Origin: Felis catus
Taxonomy: Eukaryota
Assembly (NCBI RefSeq): GCF_018350175.1
Contig: NC_058368.1
Span: forward strand, 2,108,001-2,172,000
Reading direction: 5' to 3'
Length of the DNA: 64,000 nt
Part shown: in pieces, positions 1 to 14,129 of the stretch
Position numbering within the stretch: the first letter of the stretch is position 1
Layout: each line of letters opens with the position of its first letter
Program-made: the position numbers and the translations under genes
The notes under the pieces: generated by a model
Database searches by the model: none
Seen by the model: the letters and a program-made list of their open reading frames with translations, nothing else
Told to the model about the DNA's origin: nothing

Positions 1-9
1 CGGGCAGAA

Positions 10-850
10 TAAACATAGTACAAAGGCTCAGGGCCAGAAGATGGAATATTTGGGGGCCTGGCTAGAGAGACAAGGTATAGCTAACGACGTAGGCAGGAGC
101 CAGTTACAGAGAACTTAGAACACTGCATTAATTGATCTGCGTTTTGTCCTGAAGGCACAGGGGAGCCATTGGAAGATGACCTATTTCCATCATCTATTTT
201 TTTAAGTTCGCTGCTTTATTAATTAACTAAATCTACAGCTAAATTGCCAATGAAAACTCTAAGATATAAAGTAATCACAAAAAGGTCGGGAATTAACATC
301 ACCAGAGTTATTGTTAAGGCAAGAATGTCACATCATTGAAACTAAAATGTCAAAACCAATCAACCATTTAGGATGTGATGACAATAACATCATTGAGAGT
401 TTAAGATGACTAAGGGGCACTAAATGATTTGAAGCAGGGAATGCCATGACTAGCTTTATGTATTTAAAAAAACACACACACACACATAAGAGCACTCGGG
501 CTGTTGTGTGGAGAAAGGAATGGAGGCGGCAAGCCTGGAAACAATGAGACCAGGCAAGAGAGCTGGAGACCCAAACCGGGCTAGAAACTAGGGCAACCCT
601 ACATCCTATTCCCCAGACCCGGGTTTGCCTAGAACTGACCAAGTTTATGCCTGTTGTCCTCTCTTGCCATCTGTTGGAGCACCTTTCACTCTTCAACACA
701 TCCCAGTTTGGAAGCTCCAATAGTGGTTGGCAGTTGAGGGGGAGAGAAGCCATTCGAGAGCCCTTTGGGACATGGAACTGACAGGGCTCGGTGATGGGTC
801 AGATGTGGGGGTGAGGCAGGATGACTCCCAGGGCTGTGGTGTGAGCAGTG
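10..850 (-). mobile_element. L2 LINE fragments (ancient)
   Basis: Typical L2 antisense motifs such as ggggagccattggaag and ggtgatgggtcagatgtgggggtgaggcaggatgactcccaggg. Confidence 0.6.
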
Positions 851-2864
851 GGTGCTGTTCAGGATATAGGGAGCACTGGTGTAGTAGGTTTGCTACTTCA
901 GGGGCCCTCCCACCTGGAGGGATGAGTAGGGCTTGGCTTTGGCAGGGGAGGAGGAGTTTTCCAGCCGGGAGAGCAAGTACAATGGCACAGAAGCAGGAAG
1001 CAAAATGTCACCTTTAGAGACAATTCAAGTATTTTGTTTTACAGGGGAAGCGAGCATCCTGGTGTGAAGGGGGGAGGAAGGAATGGTCAGGGGCCTGGGG
1101 TACGGAGTTTAGCAGGGTCCTGCATGGGCAGCCTGAGACTTGCCGTGGCTCTGTGTTAGGTTCTCACCCTGGGATTCCCACACTTAAAAAACACTGGGTG
1201 AAGCCTTCCTCTATCTCTTTTTTCTGCTTTTCTCTAGCAGGAAAACATCAACAACCAGAACCTTCATCAAACGTGGGATGGCAAACTGTCCCACAAGCCT
1301 AGACTACTATATCTGGACTCTTATATGAAAAAGAAAGGAACATCTGTATCATTTAGGGCTTTGTTTTTTAAATCTTTTTGTTATAGAAATCTAACCTGTG
1401 TACTAAAAAACAGTAGGTGTTAATAAACCTATTTAGACATTTTAAATAGAAGTCCCTGCTATTTACTGACATGCTACCCTTAAATAATTCTAATCTCTTC
1501 AGTTCCCAAAGTCCTGGGCCTTTAGCTGAAAGCCTGGACTTTGGCCAAACAGCGCAGAAGATGAGCTCCTCATTGAGGGCTCGGGGAAACCAGGAAACAG
1601 AAGGGAAGAACGTAATGCTGAGAACTGGCCTTCAGGGCAGAGCCAATCCGATGGGGACCCCAGGGTTGGAATGAGCCAAGTTTCCCTTCTAAGTGTCTGT
1701 GGATGTGCTGAGCCACACTGGGGACCCACAGTGGAAAACTGCTCAAGTTTGGGCCTCTCTGTTAGGCTCAAGAGACAAATCATTAATAAGTAATGAATGA
1801 TGAATGGGCTTCAGGAGGCTCTGGAGAAAAACACAGATGCCCATCTACTTGTAGGACCCACAGGGGAATGTCTCTCCTATGATGAAGTCCTCGGGGGATT
1901 GAGAAGTTTCTTAAGATCTCCAACTATGCACACTCTATGTATTGGGCACTAACTGGGTGCCAGACAAAGGATCAGGTATGAAAAATTAAATGCAGAGTCG
2001 AATACAATGATTCCCCTACCATCAATTAGCTAACCTGGAATCAGGGAAACAGGCCAAGAACTATAGTGTGATCCCAAGGAAATTCCACATCTGTGGACAG
2101 CCCTATCAGTCCTCTTGATGCACTGATGGAAAGCATCCTGGGAATCCCACCCTTGTCTGGAGTGCTATCTACTGGGCTCATGTGGTACTCAGGGATGAGA
2201 TCACTGTTGCACTCCGTAAAGAAAAACCCACTTTTAGAGACAGTGCAGCCCACCCTTCAAACTCAGAGAAACACTGCACACCATCAATACCGTTAGATGT
2301 GCTGGCTCTGACTTCAGATACTCAGGTGGAAACTCACCCTGCTCAAGTGGAAACTAACCCTGCAATCTTTCCCTGCCCTTCTCATTCATCAAAGCACCAA
2401 TTCTCAGAGTCTGAGTGTCTCACAAATGCCTCCTAATGGATCTATCCCATGGTTTTGTTTACTGTGTTTATCAGAAGAAGCTCCAATGGTATATTTTTAT
2501 CCTTAATAGGCCTCCTTTAAGGCATGTCAACCTCTTAATTTACGTTGCCTTAGGAACTTTTTCCTTTTTCAGACGGTGGGCAACCAGTTCAAAAGACTAG
2601 GATCTGAGCATGGGTACAATTTGTGTGGGTCGACCCAGGAGTAGCCTACATCACGAATGCTATACTTCCATCCTTGGCATCTCCAGCCACGAAGAAAAGA
2701 TGTGAAATGCATTAAAAGACCATTCTTTTTCCCTTGGTTTGTAATGGATGACTGAAGAAGAAAAAGAAGAAGGAGTATGCCTATAAAATTTTGTACATAC
2801 AGGTGCATAAAATGTATACGTATAAATAAATGCATATACATAAGATGTGTATTTATATATAAAG

Positions 2865-3020
2865 TCTGGCTTTGGTATCAGAATACTGCCAGCCTCATAA
2901 TATGAGTTGGAAAGTGCTCTATTTCCTAGAAAAGTTTGTGTATAGTTGGTCTTTCTTTCTTCTTTAATGGATGGAAGAATGCACCCGTGAAACCATCTAG
3001 GCCATGTAGACCTGGAGTTT
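2865..3020 (-). mobile_element. Old L1 ORF2 fragment
   Basis: tctggctttggtatcag...gcctcataatatgagttggaaagtg...ccatctaggcc, a typical antisense L1 segment. Confidence 0.65.
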
Positions 3021-5844
3021 ATTATATGTAATAAAACATCCTTTCTCCTTTCAGAGGTCTTTACTTAGTATTCATCAGCTTACTTAAACATTGAATTAGG
3101 AGCGCTGTGTGCTTTGGGCACACGATGAAGATCTCCAAGTCAATTGAACCCAACTGAAATGACATGTGCTTAACTTCTGAGTCACCTTAAAAAGCTCTTT
3201 CGTCTTCAGATTGTTTGTTTTGTGGGATTTTTTTTTTTGTTACATAGTCTTATAAATGACACACAGATTGGCTGAAAACAGCTACAGTTTGACACTCCAT
3301 AATAGTTTAAAACCACATGCCTGGCCAAAAAGCATATGAAAAGATGCTCAACATAGCTAATCATTAGGAAAATGCAAACCAAAACCACAAGATATCCCTT
3401 CACATCCATTAGGACGGCCACTATTATAAAAACAAAAAAACAGAAACAGAAACAGAGAAGCCTGAGGGGCAGGCTTTAGATTTGGCAGATGTCTTATCGC
3501 CTACGGGGCTGCTCTCAAGGAGCATAGGCTGTAGATGCCATCTTGCCACTTTTCTTCTGTCTTGCCCCAGCTTGCTAGTATCTCCCACAAAAGAGGTTGT
3601 ACTCTCATGTGGAGCCCCAATTTTTGTAATTGCCACCCAGAAGACACCTCTGGATCTCCTGGCTCTGGTGGCCAGTGGGGCTTATGATTGTGGTAACTAC
3701 AGATTGTATATATATTTGCAAACAATTAAAAGCTGATGACTGAGGGTCTGACTTCCAATCAGCCTGAATCTAGGTGCTAAGATCCTCCCCTTTGGGATAT
3801 TGACAAGTCTAGGCACATATGTAACTATAAGGAGCTACTAAAAATATAATAGACTGCTTGGACAAACACAAAGGTTTGAGAGACAACCATGAGATGGGAC
3901 AGGGTTGAACAAAAAGGTATATCTCCTATACAAGGCCACTCCTTCAAGACTGGGAGAGAAGTCTCAACAGCATAGAAACCAATACGGAGAGTCAAGCAAA
4001 ATGAAGAAATAAATGAATAGGTGCCAAACGAAAAAACAAGATGAAACCAGAGAAAAACCTTAATTAAACAGAGATAAGTAATTTACCTGATAAAGACTTT
4101 AAAGTCATGGTCATAAAGATGCTCACCAAACTGGGGAAAGGAAATGGATGAACATGTGAGAAATTCAACAAACAGACAGAAAACATAAGAAACTATGAAA
4201 TAGAAGTCACAGAGCTGAAGAACACAATGACTGAAATGAAAAGTACACTAGAGGGGTTGAACAACAGACTAGATGAAGCAAAGAAAGGATCAGTGAACTC
4301 AAAGACAAGGCAGTGGAACTCACCTGATTGGAGCAGCAAATAGAAAAAAGGATGGAAAAAAAAGTGAAGACAGCTCCAGGGACTTATGGAGCAACGTGAA
4401 ACCGATTAAATTTGTATTATAGGGCTCCCAGAAGGAGAAGAGAGAGGAAAGGAGGAAGAAATCTTATTTGAATAGTGGCTGAAAACTTCCCTGACCCAGA
4501 AGAGGAAACAGACATCCAGAATGAGGAAGTCTAAAGGATTCCAAACAAGAGGATCTAAAGAGACCCACATCAAGGCACATTATAATTAAAATGTCAACAA
4601 TTAAACAAAAACAGAGAATCCTAAAAGCAAGGAGAGAAGAAAAATTCTTACATATACAAAGGAATCCCCATAAGACACTCAGCAGATTTTTCCAGCAGAA
4701 ACTGTGATGGCACAGGTGAGCGGCACGATATATTCTAAGTGCTGAAAGAAAAAACTTCCAACCAAAAAAACCTTCAACCTACTCTACCTGACAAAGTTAT
4801 CACTCAGAATTGAGGGAGAGATAAATAATTTTCCAGACGCAAAAGATAGAGGAGTTCACCATTAAACCAGCCTTACAAGAAATGTTAAAGGGAATTCTTT
4901 AAGCTGAAAAGAAAAGATGATCATTAGTAATAAGAGAACATAGAAAAGAATAAATCTCATTGGATAGGTAAATATATAGTAAAGATAATGTACTAATCAC
5001 TTATTAAGCTGGCATGCAGGTCAAAAAATGAACTAGTAAAAATAACTATGAATATAATAATGAGTTAAGGGATATACAAGATAAAAAGATGTAAACTGAC
5101 ATTAAAAACATAAAATGTGGGGAGGGAAGGAGAGCAAAAATGTTGGGCTTTAGAATTTGATCAAATTTAAGTTGTTATCCACTTAAAATAGATTATTATA
5201 GATATAAATTCTTGTATGTAAGCCTCATGGTAACCACAAGTCCAAAACATATAGTAAATACAAAAACATAAAGAGAAAGGAATCTAAATACATCACTAAA
5301 GAAAGTCATCAAATCACAAAGAAAGAGAGCAAAAGAAGAACAGAGAAGAACTACAAAAACAACCAGAAAACAATTAACAAAATGGCAATAAATACATACT
5401 TATCAAAAAAATATATGTAAATGGACCAAAGTCTTCAGTCAAAATACATACAGTGGCTGAATGGAAAAAGAAAAAAAACAGACTCGATGTTGTTTACAAA
5501 AGACTCATTTTATTTTTTTAAAGTTTTTGCTTATTTTGAGAGAAAGAGAGAGAGAGAGAGTACAAGCAGGGGGAGGGGTAGAGAGAAAGGGAGAGGGAAT
5601 CCTCAGCATTAACAGTGTGGAGCCTGATGCAAGCAGGGCTCGATTCCACGACTATGAGACCTGAGCCAAAATCAAGAGTCAGATGCCCAACTGACTGAGC
5701 CACCCAGGCGTCCCTACAAAAGACTCGCTTTAGATGTAAGGACACATGCAGACTGAAAGTGAAGGAATGGAGACAAATATCCCATGCAAATGGAAACCAA
5801 AGGAAAGTTGGGTAGTTATATCAGATAAAATTGACTTAAAATTT

Positions 5845-6330
5845 TTTTAATGTTTATTTATTTATTTTTGAGAGACAGAGAGAGAGAGGGCACAAAGTGG
5901 GGGAAAGGCAGAGAGAGAGAGAGAGTGAGAGAGAGACAGAATCCACAGCTGGCTCTAGACCCTGAGCTGTCATCACGGAGCCTGATGTGGGGCTCGAACT
6001 CATGAACCATGAGATCATGACCTGAGCCGAAGTTGGACACGTAACCAACTGAGCCACCCAGGTAACCCCAGACAAAACTGACTTTAAAACAAAGACTGCA
6101 GGGGCGCCTGGGTGGCGCAGTCGGTGAAGCGTCCGACTTCAGCCAGGTCACGATCTCGCGGTCCGTGAGTTCGAGCCCCACGTCGGGCTCTGGGCTGATG
6201 GCTCGGAGCCTGGAGCCTGCTTCTGATTCTGTGTCTCCCTCTCTCTCTCTGCCCCTCCCCCGTTCATGCTCTGTCTCTCTCTGTCCCAAAAATAAATAAA
6301 AAACGTTGAAAAAAAATTAAAAAAAAAAAA
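5845..6330. mobile_element. Head-to-head CAN-SINE pair: older (-) 5845-6070 and young felid SINE (+) 6101-6327
   Basis: tRNA-derived head GGGGCGCCTGGGTGGC, (CT)n and A tail; TSD AAAACAAAGACTGCA at 6086-6100 and 6328-6342; another (-) SINE at about 5510-5714. Confidence 0.93.
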
Positions 6331-8769
6331 ACAAAGACTGCAATAAGGCAAAGAAAAGCATTACATAATGCTAAGGTGGTCAACACAACAAGAGAATACA
6401 GCATTTGTAAATATTTATGCACCCAACATAGAATAACCTAATATATAAAGCGAATATTAACAGACTTAAAGGGAGAAATTGACACAATACAATAATAGAG
6501 GGGACTTTAACACTCCACTTACACTGGACAGATTATCCAGACAGAACATCAGTAAGGAAACATTGGCCTTAACACATTAGACCAAGTGGACTTAACAGAT
6601 ATATGTATATATATATAGAACACTCTATCAAAAAGCAACAGAATACACATTCTTTTCTGGCACACATGGAACATTCTCCAAGATAGATCATGTGGTAGGT
6701 CACAAAACAAGTCTTAATTGATTTAAGAGGATTGAAACCATATCAAACTTGTTTTCCAACCACAATGATATGAAAGTAGAAAACAACTACATAAAGAAAA
6801 CTGGAAAATTCACAGATATGTGGAGATTTAAAAATATGTTACTGAAAAACCTACAAAAGAGAAATAAAAAAAATACCTCGAGACACATGATAGTGGAAAT
6901 ATAACATAATCAAAATTTATGATGCAGCAAAAGCAGTTCTAAGAGGGAAGTTCATATCAATAAATGCCTACTTCAAGAAACAAGAAAAGTCTTAAATAAA
7001 CAATCTAACTTTACCCTTCAAGGAACTAGTAAAAGAAGAACAAATGAAGCTCAAAGTTAGTAGAAAAAAAGAAAATAACAAAGATTAGTGTAGAAATAAG
7101 TGAAATAGAGACTAAAAAGATAATAGAAAAGATCAAAGAAGTTAAGAGTACGTTCTTCAAAAAGGTAAACAAAATTGACAAACCACTAAGATTAATCAAG
7201 AAATAGAGAGGACCGAAACAAAATTGGATATGAAAAAGATGTTACAACTGATGCCACAGAAATACAAAGGATCATGAGAAACTACTATGAATAATTATAC
7301 ACCAACAAATTGGACAACATAGAAAAAAATGAATAAATTCCTAGAAACATACACCCCACCAAGACTGAATTAGGAAGAAACAGAAAATCTGAATAGATAG
7401 ATTATTAGAAAAGAGATTGAATCAGTAATCAACAAACAAACCGACAAACTTCCAGGACCAGACGACTTCACTGGTGAATTCTATCAGACATTCAAAGAAT
7501 TGATACCGATCTTTCTGAAACTCTTCCAAATAATAGAAGAGGAGGAAACGCTCCCAAAGTCATTTCATGATGCCAGCATTACCTGATACTAAACCCAGAC
7601 AAGGATGCCACAAGAAAAGAAAATTTGAGGCCGTTATCCCTGATGACCGCAGACGCAAATATCCTCAACAAAGTATCAGCAAACCACATTTAATAATGCA
7701 GGAAAAGGATCATATACCAGGATCAAGTGGGACTGATTGCAGGGATGCAAGTTTGGTTTAACATTCACAAATCAACCAATGTGACACACCACGTTATCAA
7801 ATCGGAAGACAAAAATCATTTGACAAAACTGAACATATATGCATTTATATATTAAAAATTCTCAAAGCAAGTAAAGAGGAAATGTACCTTAACATAATCA
7901 AGGCCATATATGACAAGCCCCTGGCTAGCATCATACTCAATGCTGAAAAGCTAAAAGCTTTTCTACTAATATCAGGAAAAAAATAAGGCTATACTCCCTC
8001 TACTTTTACTCAACATAGTAATGGAAGTCCCAGCCAGAGTAATTAAACAAGCAAGGGAAATAAAAGGCATCTAAGTTAGAAAGGGAAGAGTAAAACTGTC
8101 ATTAATTGCAGATGACATATGACATATAGAAAACCCTAAAGACTCCATAAAAAAGTGTTAGAATTAATAAATTTGGTAAAGTTGCAAGATACGAAAGCAA
8201 TACACAAAAATGTGTTGCATTTCTATTTACTCACAATAAACTACCAGAAAGAGAAATTAAGAAAGCAATCCCATTTTCAATCACATCAGAAAGAGTAAAA
8301 TACTTAGGGATAAATTTAACCAAGGCTGTGGAAGATCTATACCATGCTCACAGATTGGAAGAATCAATGCTGTTAAAATGTACACACTACCCAAGGCAAC
8401 GTACAGATTCAACACAAACCCTACCTAAATACCAATAGTATTTTTCACAGAAATAGAACAGAAAATCCTAAAACTTGTATGGGACTGTAAATGACCTTGA
8501 ATCTTGAGGAAAAAAAAAAAACCCAAAACTGGAGTCATCATGATCCCTGATTTAAAGTTTTATTACTGAAAATAATAGAATAGAGACCCCCAAAATAAAC
8601 TCATGGATGTCAATTAGTCTTCAACAAAGGAGGCAAGAATATATAATGGGGAAAGGATAGTGTTTTCAATAAATAGTGCTGGGAAAACTGGACAGGCACA
8701 TGCACGGAATGACTGGACCACTTTCTTACACCGTACACAAAAATCAACTCAAAATGGATGAAAGACTGA

Positions 8770-9620
8770 GGGTACCCGTCTGGCTCATCAGTAGAGCATG
8801 TGACTCTTGATCGTGGGGTCATGAATTCGAGCCCTGTGTTGGGCACAGAGATTACTTTAAAGAAAAGAAAAGAAATGGATTAAAGAATGGAAGACATGGG
8901 GGCACCTGGGTGGATCAGTTAGTTGAGCGTCAAACTCAATTTCTGCTCAGGTCATGATCTCACGGTTTGTGGGATCAAGTCCTGAATCAGCCTCCAAGCT
9001 AACAGTGTGAAGCCTACTTGGGATTCTCTCTCTCTTCTTCTCTATCTGCCCCTCTCCGCTCACATGCACTCTCTCTCAAAATAAATAAAACTTACAAAAA
9101 GAGAGAATGGAAGACTTGAAACTATAAAAGAAAACATAGACAGTGAGCTCCTTGACACAGGTCTTGGCAACGGCTTTTTGAATCTGACACCAAAAGCAAA
9201 CGCAACAAAAACGGAACTATACCAAACCAAAAATCTTCCACACGGCAAAGGAAATAATCACCAAAATGAAAAGGCAACCTATTGAATGGGAGATATATTT
9301 GATCTCGCAAATAACATATTTGATAAGGGGTTAATTTCCAAACTATGTAACAAACTCATACAACCCAACACCTAACAATCTGATTAAAAATTAGAGGGGC
9401 ACCTGGGTGGCGCAGTCGGTTAAGCGTCCGACTTCAGCCAGGTCACGATCTCGCGGTCCGTGAGTTTGAGCCCCGCGTCAGGCTCTGGGCTGATGGCTCA
9501 GAGCCTGGAGCCTGTTTCTGATTCTGTGTCTCCCTCTCTCTCTGCCCCTCCCCCGTTCATGCTCTGTCTCTCTCTGTCCCAAAAATAAATAAACGTTGAA
9601 AAAAAATTAAAAAAAAAATT
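8770..9620 (+). mobile_element. Three CAN-SINEs within L1 (about 8770-8875, 8897-9100, 9396-9620)
   Basis: SINE heads with A/B boxes, CT-rich region and poly(A). Confidence 0.9.
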
Positions 9621-10699
9621 AGAGAGAGGACTAAATAGACATTTTTCCAAAGAAAGCATCCAGATGGCAACAGGCACATTAAAGTATGTTCAACTTCATA
9701 AATCATCAGGGAAGTGCAAATCAAAATTGCAATGAGCTATCACCTCACACCTGTTAGAATAGCAATTATCACAAAGACGAGAAATAACACGTTGGAGAGG
9801 ATGTCAAGAAAAGGGAACCCTCTGCACTGTTGGTGGAGATGTAAAGTGGTGCTGCCGCTATGAAAAATGGTGTGGTGACCTCCCCCACAAAGTAAAAACG
9901 GAATTACCGTATGATCCAGTATTCCCACTTCCAGTTCTATACCCACAAGAACGGAAAGCAGAATCTTGAACATATATTTGCAAGTCCATGTTCACAGCAG
10001 CATGTTTTACAACAGCCAAGGACCCAAGCGTCCACTGACAGATGAACAGGTGAAAAGCAACGTGATATATACATACAATGGAATATTACTCAGCCTTGAA
10101 AAAGGAGGGAATCCTGTCACAGGTTACAGCACAGATGAATGTTGAGAGCATTATGCTAAGTGAAAATAAACAGTCACAGAAAGATAAAAGTGCTTGATTC
10201 CACTTACAGGAGGCACCTTGAGCAGCCAGATTCATAAGAGACAGAAAGCACAAGAGTGCTTGCTGGGGGCTGGAGGGAGGCAATATGGAATTTCTGTTTT
10301 GAAAGATGAAAAATTCTGGAGATCTGTAGTACAACAATATGGCTATACTTAACACTATTGAACTGTATCCTTAAACATGGTTAAGATGAGAAATATTATG
10401 TGGTTTGTTTTTTTTTTTTGCCACGATTAAAAATAACCCAGATACCTAATTTTTAAGTTTTGATCCCTTGTGAACTAATTAATATCATACATGAACTATT
10501 ATTAGTTCCTCTATGTTTCACACCCTTGATTTACATACCCAGGGTTGCTTGGAGTTTCAAATAGATGACAAATACAATCCAGTCACCATCACAATGCACT
10601 CAGTGGAAGAAGTTCAGACATGTGTTAGCTTCACTCGTTGTTTAGGATTTGAAACTCTCTCTCCAGTGTCATATGAAATGTCAAATTTTGTATTTTCTT

Positions 10700-11755
10700 A
10701 AAGATTTTATTTTTTTATTGTTATTTTTTAATGTTTACCTGTCTTTGAAAGAGAGAGAGAGAGAGCGAGCGAGTGGGAGAGGAGCAGAGAGAGAGGGGGA
10801 CAGAGGATCGGAAGCAGGCTCTGTGCTGACAGCAGAGAGCCCGATGTGGGGCTTGAACTCCCAAACCTCGAGACCATGACCAAGTCAAAGTCAGATGCTC
10901 AACTGGCTAGCCCCAGGTGCCCCTAAAATTTTTATTTTTAAGTCATCTCTATACACAACATTAGGCTCAAACTCACAACCTCGAGAGCAAGAGCTGCAAG
11001 CTCTACCGACTGGGCCAGCCACATGCCCCTCAAATTTTGTGTTGTTTTTTTTTTTTTTTTTATTTTTTTTTAAATTTTTTAACGTTTTTATTCATTTTTA
11101 AGACAGAGAGAAACACAGCATGAGCAGGGGAGGGGCAGGGGGAGGAGACACAGAATCCGAAGCAGGCTCCAGGCTCTGAGCTGCCAGCACAGAGCCTGAC
11201 GCGGGGCTCAAACTCACGGACTGTGAGATCATGACCTGAGCTGAAGTCCGACACTCAACTGACTGAGCCACCCAGGCGCCCCTGTGTTTTTTTTTTTTTT
11301 TTTAATTTTTTTTTTCAACGTTTATTTATTTTTGGGACAGAGAGAGACAGAGCATGAACGGGGGATGGGCAGAGAGAGAGGGAGACACAGAATCGGAAAC
11401 AGGCTCCAGGCTCCGAGCCATCAGCCCAGAGCCCCACACGGGGCTCGAACTCCCGGACCGCGAGATCGTGACCTGGCTGAAGTCGGACGCTTAACCGACT
11501 GCGCCACCCAGGCGCCCCTAAAGATTTTATTCTTTTAAATTTTTTTTTCAACGTTTTACCCATTTTTGGGACAGAGAGAGACAGAGCATGAACGGGGGAG
11601 GGGCAGAGAGAGAGGGAGACACAGAATCGGAAACAGGCTCCAGGCTCCGAGCCATCAGCCCAGAGCCCGACGCGGGGCTCAAACTCCCGGACCGCGAGAT
11701 CGTGACCTGGCTGAAGTCGGACGCTTCACCGACTGTGCCACCCAGGCGCCCCGCC
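10700..11755 (-). mobile_element. Stack of five same-orientation CAN-SINEs
   Basis: Copies at about 10720-10925, 10930-11030, 11060-11283, 11300-11520 and 11537-11752; last two nearly identical young felid type. Confidence 0.93.
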
Positions 11756-11810
11756 TGTGTTGTTTTTAAACAATCAAACACAGCATAGAAATTCAAAATA
11801 ACAAATTTCA

Positions 11811-12025
11811 AAAAAAAAAAAAAAAAAAAAAGAGGTTAGAGTGGAAGAGAGCCAAAGCATAAGAGACTCTTAAAAACTGAGAACAAACTGAGGGTTGATG
11901 GGGGGTGGGAGGGAGGGGAGGGTGGGTGATGGGTATTGAGGAGGGCACCTGTTGGGAAGAGCACTGGGTGTTGTATGGAAACCAATTTGACAATAAACTT
12001 CATATATTGAAAAAAAAAAAAAACC
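11811..12025 (+). mobile_element. Young 5'-truncated felid L1 3' end
   Basis: gaggttagagtgg...gagcactgggtgttgtatggaaaccaatttgacaataaa plus poly(A); TSD CAAAATAACAAATTTCA at 11794-11810 and 12026-12042. Confidence 0.93.
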
Positions 12026-12996
12026 CAAAATAACAAATTTCAGTGAGATGTACTATTTCAGCAGTTTTGATTAAAAATAGTAATTTTCTCTTAGTTTTTC
12101 AAGACTTTCACTTTCAGTCATAGCACTGTCCTCAATTCGTGTCGCTCTGACGCACGCACATCGAGGCCGGTGGAAGTAGATGGAGGCCGGTTTGCCAATG
12201 TGCAAGATATTCCAGTGGTTCTTAGTACAAGTGAATAACAGCTGCCATGTCCCCGGCTTAAACAGGTAGAGCTCGGAGGTGAGGGGGAACAGCGTTCTGA
12301 GAGGACAGGAAGAAGACGAGGACGTCGTCCACCCGCGTCCCTTCTTGAGTAGGAGGCACATGGAAGTCCTACACTTTCAGAGACTGTATTGTTTTATGTT
12401 ACGGTTCAATAGCTGGAAATGCTTTTCTCTGGGGACGCTGGCTATATTTGGTTCACGGTATTGCTTTGCAGGCATTTCTTCCCAATTTCTTTTATTAGTT
12501 AAGTAGACTTTGGTTAAGACCAAACAGTTTACAGGAACAGATTTCCTTGACAATTTATTTAAAAAGGAGTTGGGGAGGTCAGCTTGTAGTCAGGCTAGAT
12601 GGGACACACGTGTCAGTTAAAACCCATCAGGAAGCTAAGGATAAAACCACACAAATCAGCAGCCTTGTCTGATGGCAAAAATTACTCGACTCACGGTGAG
12701 GAGACTATAATTTTCATTTCAAGTCAATTACCAACCAGCAAGACATTGGGGATATCTTTTAAATTCCTTAAGTTGCATTGATTCATCTATAAAATGGAGG
12801 GTGGGACTATGTGATCTCTTAAGGTCCTCTCCTGCTCTAAAATCTTATGGTGTAATGAATCCAGAGACCCACTGGACCTCCCAGCTTCTGGCCCCAGTCA
12901 CTCGCGCAGGCTTCTATGTAAGTCCATGTGATTTGGCTGCCCTCCACGACTCAGATCACTTCAAACAGGAGTCACTAACAGCCCCGCAACAAACGG

Positions 12997-13086
12997 TCCT
13001 CCCATCTCCCCCTCCCTGACCTCCCTCGTTCCTCCCATCTCCCCCTCCCTGACCTCCCTCGTTCCTCCCATCTCCCCCTCCCTGAC
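12997..13086. repeat. 33-bp minisatellite, about 2.7 copies
   Basis: Unit TCCTCCCATCTCCCCCTCCCTGACCTCCCTCGT repeated exactly. Confidence 0.95.
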
Positions 13087-13369
13087 ATCCCCAATGTAGT
13101 TTTCCTGCTTGCTCTGCATTTAAGGCCACCAGGAGGTCAGGATTTTCAGTCCTCACTGTTTACCCTCCAGTCCTCTGAGAGCAGAGTGTGGGCGAGCCCA
13201 GTAATGCTTGAGGTTCAGATTGTGTGGAGTAGAGTGCAAAGAGCAGGGATAAACAGACACAGAATGTGGCTCCACCTTTAACCCGCTCTCAGACGTGTTA
13301 AGTGCGGTAATGAGCACAAAGGACCGGGATCTGACACATAGAAATATAACCAATCCCTTTCAAGTACAA

Positions 13370-13592
13370 TTAAAAAAAATTTTTTTAAGGTGTATGTATT
13401 TTTGAGAGAGAGGGGGAGACTGAGCGTGAATGGGGAAGGGGCAGAGAGAGAGGGAGACACAGAATCCGAAACAGGCTCCGGGCTCTGAGCTGTCTGCACA
13501 GAGCCCGACGCGGGGCTCGAACTCACAGACCGCGAGATCATGACCTGAGCCGAAGTCGGACGTTCAACCGACTGAGCCGCCCGGGTGCCCCA
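13370..13592 (-). mobile_element. CAN-SINE
   Basis: Antisense SINE with poly(T) and (GA)n. Confidence 0.9.
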
Positions 13593-14129
13593 AGCACAAT
13601 TTTTAAAGCATTTCTCATACTGTGAAACCCTCCTTGGCCTTCTCCCCTCCTCCTCCCACACCAAGCAGGGAGCCCACCCTACCCGGCAGACGTCCGATTC
13701 CCTACAGGACCACTGGCTAAGCCTGCTGGCGTCAACAAACTGGAAGCGGGCTGGATTACCGTGTAGACGAGAGCAAGGAATCCTATCCACCTGGGCCAAA
13801 CACAGAAAAGCCCAAAGTATATAAGTTTGCTAAGGGGGTGCCGAGTTGACTCAAAAACAAGCACACGCCAACGTCTCGTCCAGACACAAGGGATGAAGTC
13901 GAGACTCAGGACTAGATGTCACTGAAAAGGAAGCAGGGCAGAATCAAGGCGGGAGGGGGGGAGGGGGTCCCTAAGTTAGGCGGATCAATAAGGATCCATC
14001 TGACCTCTCTTACAATTCAATGAACATCCTTAAAAAGTTCATCTTCAGCAAAGAGGAAAAACCAAGTAAAAGAAAAAGCAAAGAAAAAAGAGGCAAAGGA
14101 CGTAAAAATCCAATTCAAAAGGCTGACAC

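Larger units (their letters stand above)
3470..10430 (+). mobile_element. Degenerate near full-length L1 (ORF1, ORF2 EN/RT and L1M-type 3' UTR), interrupted by several SINEs
   Basis: ORF1-like 4030-4900, EN-like 5380-6800, RT-like 7450-8300 (ccaggaccagacgacttcactggtgaattcta; tgcagatgacat), 3' UTR to about 10430; many stops and frameshifts; a separate L1 3' fragment lies at 3320-3440. Confidence 0.9.

Noticed and set aside
2321..2363. 21-bp tandem duplication (ctcaRgtggaaactMaccctg)
   Set aside because: Two imperfect copies only; no evidence of function
6101..6180. tRNA-like A/B boxes
   Set aside because: Heads of tRNA-derived SINEs, not tRNA genes
5858..6351. ORFs such as MGQRETEHERGRGRER, repeated across the window
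   Set aside because: Translations of CAN-SINE sequence
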